A stretch of 64,000 bases of DNA from positions 837,747-901,746 of the forward strand of contig CP064996.1 in NCBI GenBank assembly GCA_016699995.1, in the 5' to 3' direction. The notes under the pieces are model-generated. The model was given only the letters and a program-made list of their open reading frames with translations, was not told where the DNA came from and did no database searches. This document shows, in pieces, positions 10,081 to 20,393 of the stretch; positions within the stretch are counted from its first letter, which is position 1; every line of letters starts with the position of its first letter. The position numbers and the translations under genes were made by a program. The DNA comes from a bacterium. GTDB lineage: Bacteria; Patescibacteriota; Doudnabacteria; UBA920.

Positions 10081-10539
10081 TTAAATTTTTTCTGAATTTG
10101 TTTTCGAGACGACAACTAATATTGCTCCCAGGAAAATATAGATATCTGCCAAATTCAAAACTCCATTAAGGACAAAGATGTAATCTGTCACATAGCCAAA
10201 ATAAATTCGTTCGGCTAAGTTTGCCACTCCGCCGGAGATAATTAATCCGAAACCAAGTTTAGACAAGTTACTGAGCTTGTTCCAATAACGGATTAAATAA
10301 TAGGTCATAAACCCGAAGACCAAGAAGTACAAACTGTAAATTACTGCGAGAGGAATATTTATGCTGAACGCAAATTTTTCGTTATAAAAAATTTTCTTAT
10401 TGGAGTTTTTCACCAGTACTCTTACTACTTGTGTTAGAACGATAAACCCGATCGAGCTTATTAGCCATGAATAAAAACCGGGCGACGATTCACGCCTTCC
10501 GGTCAATTCAGAATTAGTTTGAGTAACTTCTTCGTTCAC
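10081..10539 (-). CDS. lspA: lipoprotein signal peptidase (signal peptidase II)
   Basis: 152 aa polytopic membrane protein; motifs GGVANLAERIYFGYVTDYIF and NLADIYIFLGAIL. Confidence 0.8.
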   Translation of the reverse strand: MNEEVTQTNSELTGRRESSPGFYSWLISSIGFIVLTQVVRVLVKNSNKKIFYNEKFAFSINIPLAVIYSLYFLVFGFMTYYLIRYWNKLSNLSKLGFGLIISGGVANLAERIYFGYVTDYIFVLNGVLNLADIYIFLGAILVVVSKTNSEKI

Positions 10540-10545
10540 GAAAAA

Positions 10546-10851
10546 TTAAAGTGCCTTGTCTGCCCACGGGATGGCACGCAAGCGTTCTTCAGAAATTTGA
10601 TTGCCTTCATCATCTGTGCCATAAGTACCATCTTCGATCTTCTGCAAAGCTTTGGCAATCTTTTCTAAGTCAGAAGTAATGCGCTCCGACATATCGCGGT
10701 TAACATCATCCAATTGGACTTCCGTAGCGTTTTCATCCAAGTCGTCGCCAATTTCGGAGTGGCCGCTCATGGCCGCTAAGTCGTTTTTTAAAGTTTCCTG
10801 CTCAGCCAATAGGCTAGCTTTCATTTCTGTAATAAAATCTTGAGATAACAT
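10546..10851 (-). CDS. DksA/TraR-family-like small protein lacking the zinc-finger cysteines
   Basis: 101 aa acidic coiled-coil protein; C-terminus resembles the DksA/TraR tail but with no Cys. Confidence 0.45.
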   Translation of the reverse strand: MLSQDFITEMKASLLAEQETLKNDLAAMSGHSEIGDDLDENATEVQLDDVNRDMSERITSDLEKIAKALQKIEDGTYGTDDEGNQISEERLRAIPWADKAL

Positions 10852-11469
10852 AACTATTCATTAATTACTTCTTCATTATACAAGCAAGTAGATATATCGC
10901 CAAATCTCATTTCAGCGCATTTTGGGAAATAAAAAAGCGCCCCATCATGGGCCCCAAATTTTATAAATGAACAGGCCTGATAGAGGCGCTATCTGAAAGC
11001 TTCCAGATAGTCGCCGCTCGTGCTGTAGGACCCCAACCTTTGAGATCCTAAAGCACAAGCGGTCGCTACCAACTTAATAGCTTCCAGGTTCGAGCAACAA
11101 AATGTTGCTTGATAAGCGTCTGCATTCCAATCGATGTCAAACTGCACTCCAAACTCCTCTTGTGGTCGTTAGACCTAAAACTTTTTGTTCTTTTTGTTTT
11201 TGTTTTTGAAAAATTTTTGTTGCTGTTAAGGTCAGCAAAGAACCTACATTGATTTTGGTTTTCATACAGCCCAGATTGGAGTAGGCTATGACGAGAAGTT
11301 TAAAGGAAGCCTACCTCCAAGCTCTCTAGATGCTTAGAATGGGCAGATTTCCTTAGTTCAGTTTGTTTTATATTTTGATTTCAAAGATCACTTATCGATT
11401 ACTTTTATATATTAGCAGAAATTTTTGCTTTTGTCAATTGATGCGCTTCGACCAATAACAACAAAGCAA

Positions 11470-11500
11470 AAATAAAATTTCCCCTAGTGGGGAAATTTAG
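11470..11500 (-). terminator. rho-independent terminator candidate downstream of exonuclease gene
   Basis: Minus-strand hairpin CCCCACTAGGGG followed by A/T-rich run. Confidence 0.4.
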
Positions 11501-11524
11501 TTGTCCACAAATATTTTTACAGAC

Positions 11525-13696
11525 TTAGCTAATGAGTTCTTTAGAAACAAGCACTCGGGGAAGCTTATGTCCGGAAAGTTGCTTGAGATTGAAAATGAAG
11601 TCATTTAGATTAAGGATCTTAACCAATTCTGGATAGCTTTCTGAGTAATTTGCCAACAATGACCGGATGTAAGGATGCTGTTCATCTGTCTTTGGCCAAG
11701 TTAAGTAAATAACCGTGCCACTGGGTGCGCTATACCTTTGCTTATTAATGAATTGGCTGGTTGCCAGCAGTAATGCATTAGGAAAAATGCGGAAATTTCT
11801 GAATATCTTGTTGCCGCTGCCTGAGTATTCCTGAGCAAACAGCCGATAGCTGCCAGATAAGTCGGCAAAGTGATCCTTATAGAAGGACTTTGCTCCATTT
11901 GGTCCAGGGAAGACCACCACCACAGGGAAGCTACTATCGCCAAGCTGTTCGAAAATCTCCCTGGGATTGTTTAAGTCAAATTCGATTGGTTCTTTGTCTA
12001 TCCTTACATAATTCTTAATATTATTTACAATCTCAGTATCTAGTCCTAAGCGTTCGGCTAAATAAAAAAGTAGATCTTTTTGCACCAGTGTATCCGTAAA
12101 CCTTACTGCCTTAAAACTAGACATTAAATTCGCAGCCATCTCCTTAATTTCTATAGGCTGGCTATGCAGTACCACATTCTCATCCGATAGCTCGATCCAC
12201 TTCACTAGATTCTCCTCAGATTTAAAGAATGAGTTCAAATCGTTCGTGAGCTTCTGAACTCCTTCAAATCCCTTCGCATTGGAAAGGCTCTGCAGTTTTG
12301 CCGCCAGGTTGCTGGCAGCCTGCTGAAGACGATTGTAAAACACTCCATACTTCTCTTCCAGATCAGACATGGAAATGTACTCGAGATCCTTCAGATTCTT
12401 TCTTAGGGTGATTTGTACCAACCCAAAAAACAGGTCCGTGCTAGACAATGATTCAATGACATCGCGCTTATACTTAGATTGACCCAAATCTGTTTCCGGA
12501 TTGTAGATTGACTTCAATACATAATTGAACGAGTACCAGCTAATTCTCTCTGTACTGTTATGAGTGATGAAATATTCGAAGCGTTGGAGATCGCAAATCT
12601 GCAACTTGCGATCTGGCTCTAAATTATCTTCGGCAAGCACTAATAATGTCCGAAAATCTGATGCAATAATTCTGGCATCGCTTGCCTTGTAATCCCCGCC
12701 GCAGATAAAAGTCTTAAACTGCCCGCCAAAGAAAGACAGGTTTAAATCTAAAATTGTTTTGGTTTGCCAGTTAGTATGAAGCCAAACTAAAATCTTCAAA
12801 ATAAATCTGTACTCCTCCGGTGTCTGCGCACTAGCCTTGAACTGTTTAAAACTTTCAGCATCGAATAGGTCTTTTGTTTCAAATACACCTTCTACTAATC
12901 CTGCTTGCCACAACTTTAAAACTTCCTGCTTGCTGCGCATTGCTAACAGCCATCGACCTTCCTCTTTTTGCAGAGTCTTTGCTACGCGTGATTCGTGCAA
13001 GTGATGCTTGCTATCGATAGTAATAACTTCACCCAGTGATTCAAGCTCGTCTTCTGCTAGTTCGCTGCGAGACAACGAATCATTAGATTCAAAATCCTTA
13101 TGCGTAATTTTTAGCTCTAGCAATTGCCTCCAAGAAAAATTGCCCTTATCCAAAAACTCAGCTAATTCAGACTTTAACTGATCGGAAAAATTATTATGGA
13201 TAGCAACCATCTTTTCTAACAAAGAAATAGTAGACAAGCAATCCGCCAAAGCCCTATGACTGTCTTTATGCTCAATGCCGAAATAATGCATCAGGTTTTC
13301 CAAATTATAGCTATGGTGAGTAGGGAGGATAAACTGTACCAGTTCCAAGGTATCAATAAATTCGCCGGATAGCTTTACTCCAGCCATCTCCAAAAATTTA
13401 ATATCCAGAGTAGGATTATGAGCGACCAATGTTGCACCCTGCAGTTTCTCAGTTAGAAAATCCTTAAACTCGCCAATCGACGGAGCCGTATCAATCTCTT
13501 CCTGGGTAATACCGGTTAGACCAAGAATTTTCTGGTGAACCTCAATGGTAGGCTTAAAAACCTGTGACCATGTTTCGCCAACCCTAAGACCAGAATCAGT
13601 CACATCAAAAAACGCAAACCCTATTTCTAGGATTTGTTCTTTTTCCGGGTCAAAGCCGGTAAATTCGAGGTCTATACTGCAATATTTCTTGTTCAT
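11525..13696 (-). CDS. DnaQ-like (DEDDh) 3'-5' exonuclease domain protein with large C-terminal extension
   Basis: 723 aa; N-terminal exonuclease motifs SIDLEFTG, LVAHNPTLDIKFL, HRALADC; no helicase Walker motifs seen in C-terminal part. Confidence 0.7.
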   Translation of the reverse strand: MNKKYCSIDLEFTGFDPEKEQILEIGFAFFDVTDSGLRVGETWSQVFKPTIEVHQKILGLTGITQEEIDTAPSIGEFKDFLTEKLQGATLVAHNPTLDIKFLEMAGVKLSGEFIDTLELVQFILPTHHSYNLENLMHYFGIEHKDSHRALADCLSTISLLEKMVAIHNNFSDQLKSELAEFLDKGNFSWRQLLELKITHKDFESNDSLSRSELAEDELESLGEVITIDSKHHLHESRVAKTLQKEEGRWLLAMRSKQEVLKLWQAGLVEGVFETKDLFDAESFKQFKASAQTPEEYRFILKILVWLHTNWQTKTILDLNLSFFGGQFKTFICGGDYKASDARIIASDFRTLLVLAEDNLEPDRKLQICDLQRFEYFITHNSTERISWYSFNYVLKSIYNPETDLGQSKYKRDVIESLSSTDLFFGLVQITLRKNLKDLEYISMSDLEEKYGVFYNRLQQAASNLAAKLQSLSNAKGFEGVQKLTNDLNSFFKSEENLVKWIELSDENVVLHSQPIEIKEMAANLMSSFKAVRFTDTLVQKDLLFYLAERLGLDTEIVNNIKNYVRIDKEPIEFDLNNPREIFEQLGDSSFPVVVVFPGPNGAKSFYKDHFADLSGSYRLFAQEYSGSGNKIFRNFRIFPNALLLATSQFINKQRYSAPSGTVIYLTWPKTDEQHPYIRSLLANYSESYPELVKILNLNDFIFNLKQLSGHKLPRVLVSKELIS

Positions 13697-13746
13697 TCTT
13701 CTATATTATAGAGGAAATTGGATTTTAGGGCGAAAGGTAAATTTAA

Positions 13747-13766
13747 AAGCCCCCGGAGGGGCTTTA
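13747..13766 (-). terminator. hairpin terminator downstream of recA (palindromic, potentially bidirectional)
   Basis: GCCCC-CGGA-GGGGC hairpin flanked by A and T runs. Confidence 0.5.
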
Positions 13767-13778
13767 TATATAGAGGAT

Positions 13779-14849
13779 TTATTCTTCGTCTTCTTCCATG
13801 TCTTCCATGCCTTTGTTAGGGATAGTATCACCGGATTTAAGCTTGTCACGCAAAGCTTTATCAACCTTTTTAAAGACTTCTGGGTTTTCCTTAAGGAACG
13901 TTTTAGCGGTTTCTCGCCCTACTCCCAGCTTTATATCTTCGAATGAATAAGAATTACCGCTCTTAGCGATTACTTCCATCAAAATGCCAGTATCCAAAAC
14001 GTCGCCTGCTGCGGAAATACCCTCGTTATACATAATGTCGAATTCAGCTACCTTGAAAGGCGGAGCCACTTTATTCTTTACAACCTTGGCTTTAGTACGG
14101 TTGCCGATAATTTTGTCGCCGTTTTTGATCTGAGCGCTGCGGCGAACTTCTACGCGTACAGAAGCATAAAACTTGAGCGCATTACCGCCAGTGGTGGTTT
14201 CCGGATTTCCAAACATAACTCCGATCTTCATGCGGATCTGGTTGATGAAAATTACAGTGGTGCTGGTTTTAGAAATAATGCCGGTAAGCTTACGCAATGC
14301 CTGAGACATCAATCGTGCCTGCAAACCCATATGAGAAGCCCCCATCTCTCCTTCGATTTCTGCACGAGGAGTCAACGCAGCTACGGAGTCGATTACGATT
14401 AAATCCAAAGCGTTGCTGCGAACTAAAGTTTCAGCGATATCCAACGCCTGTTCGCCGCTGTCTGGCTGAGAGACTAATAAATCTTCCAGCTGCACTCCAA
14501 TCTTTTTTGCATACTCCGGATCCAATGCATGCTCGGCGTCAATAAAAGCTGCCTGTCCACCCTGCTTCTGAACTTCTGCAATCATATGCAGAGTCAAAGT
14601 AGTCTTACCGGAACTTTCCGGTCCGTAGATTTCTACAATTCTTCCTTTTGGAATACCGCCCACTCCAAGCGCCATGTCCAAGCTGATGCTTCCTGTCGGG
14701 ATGGCTTCTACATTTAATTTCTGGTTGTCAGAAATCTTCATAATACTGCCATCACCAAACTTGTCGCGAATCTGATCGATAGCATTTTCTATTGCCCCGG
14801 CCTTGCCGGAAGCTTCGACTGTTTTTTTTGCTTTTGCTGCTTTTGCCAT
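13779..14849 (-). CDS. recA: recombinase RecA
   Basis: 356 aa; Walker [14 protein letters not shown]; classic RecA sequence throughout. Confidence 0.97.
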   Translation of the reverse strand: MAKAAKAKKTVEASGKAGAIENAIDQIRDKFGDGSIMKISDNQKLNVEAIPTGSISLDMALGVGGIPKGRIVEIYGPESSGKTTLTLHMIAEVQKQGGQAAFIDAEHALDPEYAKKIGVQLEDLLVSQPDSGEQALDIAETLVRSNALDLIVIDSVAALTPRAEIEGEMGASHMGLQARLMSQALRKLTGIISKTSTTVIFINQIRMKIGVMFGNPETTTGGNALKFYASVRVEVRRSAQIKNGDKIIGNRTKAKVVKNKVAPPFKVAEFDIMYNEGISAAGDVLDTGILMEVIAKSGNSYSFEDIKLGVGRETAKTFLKENPEVFKKVDKALRDKLKSGDTIPNKGMEDMEEDEE

Positions 14850-14858
14850 GCTCGTATG

Positions 14859-15872
14859 TTAATTAAGAATCTTTTTAGTAGTTGCCGAAGGATTATTTTC
14901 CTTTACAAATTCATTGGCTTCTCTGTTAAATGGAATAGTCAATGTCTGTCCTGCTTTTCCCAATACCCCAAAATTATTTCCATTAAAGACTGCTTCCGTA
15001 CTGCCAGCATCGCTGGTGGTAACTTCGATGTCATCCTGCGCGACAATCTTTTTGGTAGCTCCGCTCGGAACTAACTCCTCGGACAAAGACTGGCCGTCGC
15101 GCTTAATGGAAATAGTAGTCGCTTTTTTAAACTTCAACTCCAAAACTATTTCTGATGGCTGCGAAGTGGCTTCGCCAGCAACTTTAGGCACATCATCAAT
15201 TCGCAGCGATACTAATTCATGCTTCTGCTTTCCAAACCGATTAGTGGCCCCGAAACGAACATCTTTTTGTCCTGGAGCCACACCCAGAGTAGTTTCGAAG
15301 CTACCATCACTTTGCACTAAAACGTTTTGCGAATTTACGCTAACAGTAATTCCTGGCTCTGTCTTGCCTTTAACCACCACGGAACTGCCCTGCAGAACAG
15401 TGTCCGAACGCGGCTCTAAAATAGTGAGAGATGGGGTGTGGTTAACAGAAAGGGCTTGAAACAAAATGTAGGCAAAAGCCCCTACGCCGAGGACCAGACC
15501 AGAAGCGATAGTCAGGAATGCTGGGGTTATAGAGATTTGGGAGACTAGAGCCTGCCAGCCCTTTTTGGGGGTAATCTTCTCCCGGAATGATTCGAGGGTA
15601 ATACCTTTTTCCTTTTTAAACTGCTCAGTAATATCTTCGCAGGAAATTCGGTACAATTCCGCCATTTTTTTTAAAAACCCTAACACGTACACGTCCGGCG
15701 GCAAAACCTGATATTTGCCTTCTTCTAAAGCAGAGATGAATTTCTCAAAAATTCCTGTTTTCTGGCCGACTTCTTCGATAGTTAAGCCTAAATGCTGGCG
15801 AATAGAGTATAGGTATTCCCCTAAGGTTTCTTGAGCCACTTTTTTTGTTTCAAATCCTTCTGACATATCCAT
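14859..15872 (-). CDS. RodZ-like protein (N-terminal HTH, TM helix, C-terminal extracellular domain)
   Basis: 337 aa; HTH near N-terminus, single TM (ITPAFLTIASGLVLGVGAFAYILF), RodZ-like architecture. Confidence 0.6.
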   Translation of the reverse strand: MDMSEGFETKKVAQETLGEYLYSIRQHLGLTIEEVGQKTGIFEKFISALEEGKYQVLPPDVYVLGFLKKMAELYRISCEDITEQFKKEKGITLESFREKITPKKGWQALVSQISITPAFLTIASGLVLGVGAFAYILFQALSVNHTPSLTILEPRSDTVLQGSSVVVKGKTEPGITVSVNSQNVLVQSDGSFETTLGVAPGQKDVRFGATNRFGKQKHELVSLRIDDVPKVAGEATSQPSEIVLELKFKKATTISIKRDGQSLSEELVPSGATKKIVAQDDIEVTTSDAGSTEAVFNGNNFGVLGKAGQTLTIPFNREANEFVKENNPSATTKKILN

Positions 15873-15953
15873 TATATTAGCATAGACATAAATTCCGGTT
15901 AAATTTTAAGTCTAATTTTCCCAAGATTTCCTGAATTTTTACAAAATAATATA

Positions 15954-16064
15954 AAAAGAGAAAGCGTTGGTTTTTAAGCGACTTCACTTCACAGTCGCCA
16001 GCCGCAGGCTTGCGGCGTGGGCGACGTAGAAGTTCAGGAGCGGAAAACAAACGCTTTCTCTTTT
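15954..16064. repeat. 111-bp palindromic element: perfect 15-bp terminal inverted repeats enclosing GC-rich hairpins
   Basis: AAAAGAGAAAGCGTT at 15954 and its exact reverse complement AACGCTTTCTCTTTT at 16050; internal hairpins GCGACT..GTCGC and CCGCAGGCTTGCGG. Confidence 0.5.
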
Positions 16065-16081
16065 ATTTAGTTTTTAAAAAT

Positions 16082-18322
16082 TTACAAGTCTTGTTCTTCC
16101 CCGCCGTATTCGGCGCGTTCAGAGTCGGATACACCATAAACCTCACGTGGCTTGGCTCCGTCGGCAGGTCCGACGATTCCTGCATCTTCCAAGATGTCCA
16201 ACAAACGAGCAGCCCGGGCGTAGCCTACGCGCAAACGTCTTTGCAACAAAGATGCGGATGCTTTCCCTGCGCGCAAGACCTCTTCCTTAGCCTCCTCAAA
16301 CAAGTCATCTTCATCACTGCCGCCGCCACCGCTGTCTGACATCCCTGGAATACCTAAACCTTTTTTAGGCTTATCAACTATTTCTTCGTTATAAATTACT
16401 GCACCTGCTTGATTCTTAAAGAAGTCTACGACTTTATGAACTTCCTTTTCTATTACCAGAGTACCTTGTATACGTCTAGGCTTGGTAGTCTCTGCAGAAG
16501 TGAACAACATATCACCGCGTCCCAAAAGTTTTTCTGCACCGCTGGCATCAATAATAGTTCGGCTGTCAATCTGACTTGGAACTTTGAATGCTACACGAGA
16601 AGTAATATTGGCTTTGATCAAACCTGTGATAACTTCCGTACTTGGCCTTTGCGTAGCTAAAACCAAGTGAATACCAACTGCACGAGCCATCTGAGCCAAC
16701 CGTACAATGGCTGCTTCTACATCCTGCTTGGCGACTGCAATTAAATCTGCCAACTCGTCTACTACTATTACTATATAAGGGAGCTTAAGTTCGTTCTTCT
16801 CATTGTATTCTGTAATGTTGCGCTTGCCGGCTTCTGCCACCAGCTTATAACGCCGTTCCATTTCTGCCACTGCCCACTTAAGAGCATTGATAGCTTTGTC
16901 TGTATCTACAATTGGCGAGGTCAATAGGTGAGGGATACCGTTGTACGGAGTTAATTCCACGCGCTTCGGATCTACCATAATAAACTTCACATCCTGCGGG
17001 GTGTTTCGGTAAAGCAAAGAAATGATCATGCTGTTTACAGCCACACTCTTACCTGTGTTAGTCGCGCCAGCTACCAATAAGTGGGGCATTTTAGCCAAAT
17101 CCACTATTTGAGGTCGACCGGCTACATCGCGACCTAAAGCCATAACGAGCTTGCCGGAATTATTAACAAAATCCGTAGTCTGCATTACTTCGCGCAAAGT
17201 CACCAGCGCAGTAGACTTGTTTGGCACTTCGATGCCTACTAGAGACTTGCCTGGAATCGGCAATTCCATACGTAAAGATTGCGGCGCAGCCAAAGCCAGC
17301 GCTAAGTTGCTTTGCAGAGTCGCGATCTGGTTCAACTTTACGCCTGGTGCCGGAGCAAAAGTATATTGAGTTACCGTCGGACCAACATTAACCTCTCCCA
17401 TCTCCACATTAATGCCGAAGTCTGCTAGAGTTTTTTGAATCAAAGCGACATTAGCTTCGATATCACCCGAATCCACTTTGCTCTTATTTTCTTCTAATAA
17501 ATCAAATGGAGGAAGCTTCCAGTCGCGGCGGTCCTCTAAAATTATTGATTCCATTGCAGAGATAGCTTTGTCCTCTTTTGTTTGTTTTCCTGTCGTAACA
17601 TTTACAACCGGCTCCACTGGCTGAACCTGCACCTCTTCCTCTTCTTCACCATCAGCACCGCTTGCATCACTAACCCGCTCATTCATTGCATTGATCTTGA
17701 GTTCGGTAACTTTATTTTCCAGTTCCTGCTCCTTCTTCTTATTCCATAGCTTCAAAGGAGTAAAGTTAAAGGCAACCAAAATGCCGATAACAAGAATTCC
17801 TAAAATGATCAGCCCCCCAGCCCAAAAACCAAGCGCGCTTAGCAAAGGTCCAGCAAGCATCGCGCCCAGGTAGCCGCCAGCTTTTCCACTGCTTGCCAAG
17901 CTGAATGCTGTCTGGCCTTCATCTATATATAGAGCATGAATCAACCCAGCAGCGCCCCCGGTAAGCAGAAACACTCCTAAGTAAGTGCGCAGGTAAGGAT
18001 GGGCCTGCTCCTCCTCTTCTCCGATCTCATCTTCTGTGACTTTTGGTTTGGACTTAAACAACACCCAGGCAATAAGCAAAAACAAGAACGGCACTAAGTA
18101 TGCGATTACTCCAAAAAGTATGGAGATGAATTTAAAAATTAGCTGGCCCAGAGTTCCGGCCGCTCCGATTAAGCTCAAACCCACAACGCCGGCCAAAACT
18201 ATAAATACAATTATAGAGATGCTGCGCTTGGTTTCGTGAGCAAGGTTAAGTTTTGGGGTCTTCAATTTTAGTGAGCTGTCTTCTTCCTGTCGCTTGGTAT
18301 ATTTTCTTTTAGTACGAGCCAT
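16082..18322 (-). CDS. ftsK: DNA translocase FtsK/SpoIIIE
   Basis: 746 aa; N-terminal TM helices; Walker A VAGATNTGKSVAVNSMI; FtsK gamma-like C-terminus. Confidence 0.9.
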   Translation of the reverse strand: MARTKRKYTKRQEEDSSLKLKTPKLNLAHETKRSISIIVFIVLAGVVGLSLIGAAGTLGQLIFKFISILFGVIAYLVPFLFLLIAWVLFKSKPKVTEDEIGEEEEQAHPYLRTYLGVFLLTGGAAGLIHALYIDEGQTAFSLASSGKAGGYLGAMLAGPLLSALGFWAGGLIILGILVIGILVAFNFTPLKLWNKKKEQELENKVTELKINAMNERVSDASGADGEEEEEVQVQPVEPVVNVTTGKQTKEDKAISAMESIILEDRRDWKLPPFDLLEENKSKVDSGDIEANVALIQKTLADFGINVEMGEVNVGPTVTQYTFAPAPGVKLNQIATLQSNLALALAAPQSLRMELPIPGKSLVGIEVPNKSTALVTLREVMQTTDFVNNSGKLVMALGRDVAGRPQIVDLAKMPHLLVAGATNTGKSVAVNSMIISLLYRNTPQDVKFIMVDPKRVELTPYNGIPHLLTSPIVDTDKAINALKWAVAEMERRYKLVAEAGKRNITEYNEKNELKLPYIVIVVDELADLIAVAKQDVEAAIVRLAQMARAVGIHLVLATQRPSTEVITGLIKANITSRVAFKVPSQIDSRTIIDASGAEKLLGRGDMLFTSAETTKPRRIQGTLVIEKEVHKVVDFFKNQAGAVIYNEEIVDKPKKGLGIPGMSDSGGGGSDEDDLFEEAKEEVLRAGKASASLLQRRLRVGYARAARLLDILEDAGIVGPADGAKPREVYGVSDSERAEYGGEEQDL

Positions 18323-18415
18323 TTGTTTCTGTGTCTATATATTAGGGTTTAAAATCATAATGAATTATACCATTTTACGGCCTATTCTCCCAACAGTCTA
18401 TATATTCAAAATAAA

Positions 18416-18443
18416 AGACCTCTATTTATATATAGAGATCTTT
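18416..18443 (-). terminator. terminator candidate downstream of hsp20
   Basis: Imperfect palindrome AGACCTCTAT..ATAGAGATCT followed by T-rich run on minus strand. Confidence 0.4.
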
Positions 18444-18450
18444 ATTGAAA

Positions 18451-19117
18451 TTATAAGCCCTTAACTTTCACTTTTTTAGTCTTAGCTTTAGCGGCTTTTG
18501 GAATGATTATGGTAAGAATACCGTCTTTGAGATCGGCTTCTGATGTGTTCGCTGTCGATATCTACCGGTACGATCACGCTTCGGGAGAATCCTCCCCAGT
18601 AACATTCTTGGTAGAAGTAGTCATCATCATGGATTTTCTCTTCTCGGGAGCGAGAACCCTGGATGGTCACCATGTCGTTTGCCACGGTAATATCAATATC
18701 ATCCGGGCGAACACCGGCTATGGTGGACTTGATGATTACATTATCCTTTGTTTGATACATATCTATGTTCAAGGCGCCTTCGTAATCTGTCATCCAGTCT
18801 TCGTCCTGCTTAGAAATAGGAGTAGAAACAGCAGCCGGCTTTACTGGAGGCTCTTCCGGAGCTTCTTCATACTCTTCTCCGTCTTCATCAGCTTCTTCTT
18901 CATCGGAATAATCCTCTCCTTCGTCCAATTCTTCGTCTGCACCCTCTTCTTCTTCCTCGTAACCCTCTTCTTCGTCAGCCGGATTAGCGACGTTTACCCC
19001 TACTGGAGAACCTTCATCATAGTAATCCTGCTCTACATAGACCTTTTCCACGGTCTCTGGTTCGGCCACATTCCCGCCCATGATTTTGCCAAAAAATGAT
19101 TGCTTTTGTCTTGCCAT
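18451..19117 (-). CDS. Hsp20/alpha-crystallin family small heat-shock protein with acidic N-terminal region; 3' end frameshifted
   Basis: Alpha-crystallin domain through VDIDSEHI in track frame (ORF 18488..19117); conserved tail EADLKDGILTIIIPKAAKAKTKKVKVKGL is in the +1 frame ending at 18451. Confidence 0.8.
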
Positions 19118-19188
19118 GCGTTTTCTTTCAGAAACTTACCTTTTTATTCTCGACGTTTGGTAAGTTTTAATAAGTTATGTCTGGTTTT

Positions 19189-19217
19189 ATAATATAGCAG
19201 TTCAAAAGACCCGTCAA
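19189..19217 (-). promoter_or_regulatory. sigma70-like promoter candidate upstream of hsp20 (TTGACG, 17-nt spacer, TATTAT)
   Basis: Hexamers read on minus strand about 70 nt upstream of hsp20 start. Confidence 0.35.
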
Positions 19218-19237
19218 ACAATTTTTTTCTGCTTTCT

Positions 19238-20368
19238 CTAGCCGTGAAACAGGCTATTTACAGAGGCTTTTAACACTTTTCCCTCGTTAGGCGACTGGGT
19301 AATCTTATATCCATTTTTTGTTTCACCAGGTGATTCACGAGCCTCGTCAAAAGTGTTGAGTAGTTTAAGAGTTGAATCGCATAGATTTTGTGCAGTAAGG
19401 GGTTCTGGAATAGGATTAACCAATCCATTATCGATTAAGTACTCATAGTTCGGCTCTTCCTGGCCTGGGAGTGTATGGGTTATCTGGATCCGGATGCCAG
19501 CCTGCAGAGCTTCTGCGATGGTTAGCCCTCCCGGCTTTGTTACCAAAACTTCTGCAATCTGGTATAACTCTGTGGGGTTGTCATAAAAGCCTAGCGCTGT
19601 GACTTTTGATAAGGCAAAATTCTCTACCTGCTTTTTAAAGTCCAAATTCTTTCCACACAAAACCAAGACATATATATCAGGGTCACGACTGGTTAGTTTA
19701 GTTAAATAGTCTTGTAGCAAGCTGGCATCAAAGCCAATTCCTAATGAGCCGCTGGCAAAAATGATAATTTTATCTGAGTCATCAATGCCTAATTTTTGGC
19801 GCAATGTATCTTTATCTACTTCAACTTTCGGCTTTAAAGTTATTCCGCATACAGCGATCTTTTTCTCTGGTATTCCCAATGCCATCATTTCTTGCTTTTG
19901 CTCCTCTATGTTTGCTAGGTATAGGTCTGCCTGATCATACAGCCAAAACTTATGCAGATGGTAATCGCTAAAAGCAATAATGAATTTTCCAAAAAATAAT
20001 TTTTGCTCAATGAGCGCAGCAGTAGCCGCAGACGCTGTTGTCTGAGTAGATAAAATACAATCTGGCCGAAATGTTTTTACCACCTCGTGCAGCCTTTCCG
20101 AATTTCCCTTAGCTAGAGGAACTCGCAATGGCAACGAAATTAAGTTAACTATTTTGCTGAAGTAAATCCAGCGCCAAACAAACGGCAAGCGGCGATTAAT
20201 AAAACTGTGCAACCATACACCGAAGTCTACCATCAAGCCTTCTTGCACCTGCAGTATGTCATGCAACAAAATTTCATAACCGTCTTTCTGTAAATGGTAA
20301 GCGATATTCTCTGCAATATATTTATGACCCAACCCCACCGAGGTATGGAGGATAAGAATTTTTTTCAT
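19238..20368 (-). CDS. glycosyltransferase, UgtP/MGDG-synthase-like (diacylglycerol glycosyltransferase family)
   Basis: N-terminus MKKILILHTSVGLGHKYIAENIAY resembles UgtP/MGDG synthase; start taken at internal Met (track ORF extends to 20479). Confidence 0.7.
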   Translation of the reverse strand: MKKILILHTSVGLGHKYIAENIAYHLQKDGYEILLHDILQVQEGLMVDFGVWLHSFINRRLPFVWRWIYFSKIVNLISLPLRVPLAKGNSERLHEVVKTFRPDCILSTQTTASAATAALIEQKLFFGKFIIAFSDYHLHKFWLYDQADLYLANIEEQKQEMMALGIPEKKIAVCGITLKPKVEVDKDTLRQKLGIDDSDKIIIFASGSLGIGFDASLLQDYLTKLTSRDPDIYVLVLCGKNLDFKKQVENFALSKVTALGFYDNPTELYQIAEVLVTKPGGLTIAEALQAGIRIQITHTLPGQEEPNYEYLIDNGLVNPIPEPLTAQNLCDSTLKLLNTFDEARESPGETKNGYKITQSPNEGKVLKASVNSLFHG

Positions 20369-20393
20369 ACTATTATAGTATAATAATTTCAAC

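Noticed and set aside
11525-13696. DinG-type exonuclease-helicase fusion call for the 723-aa protein
   Set aside because: The N-terminal DEDDh exonuclease domain is clear, but I could not find Walker A/B or DEAH helicase motifs in the C-terminal 500 residues, so only the exonuclease call is retained.
18503-19099. 198-aa plus-strand ORF
   Set aside because: Antisense to hsp20; Phe/Ile-rich low-complexity product from the complement of the acidic region.
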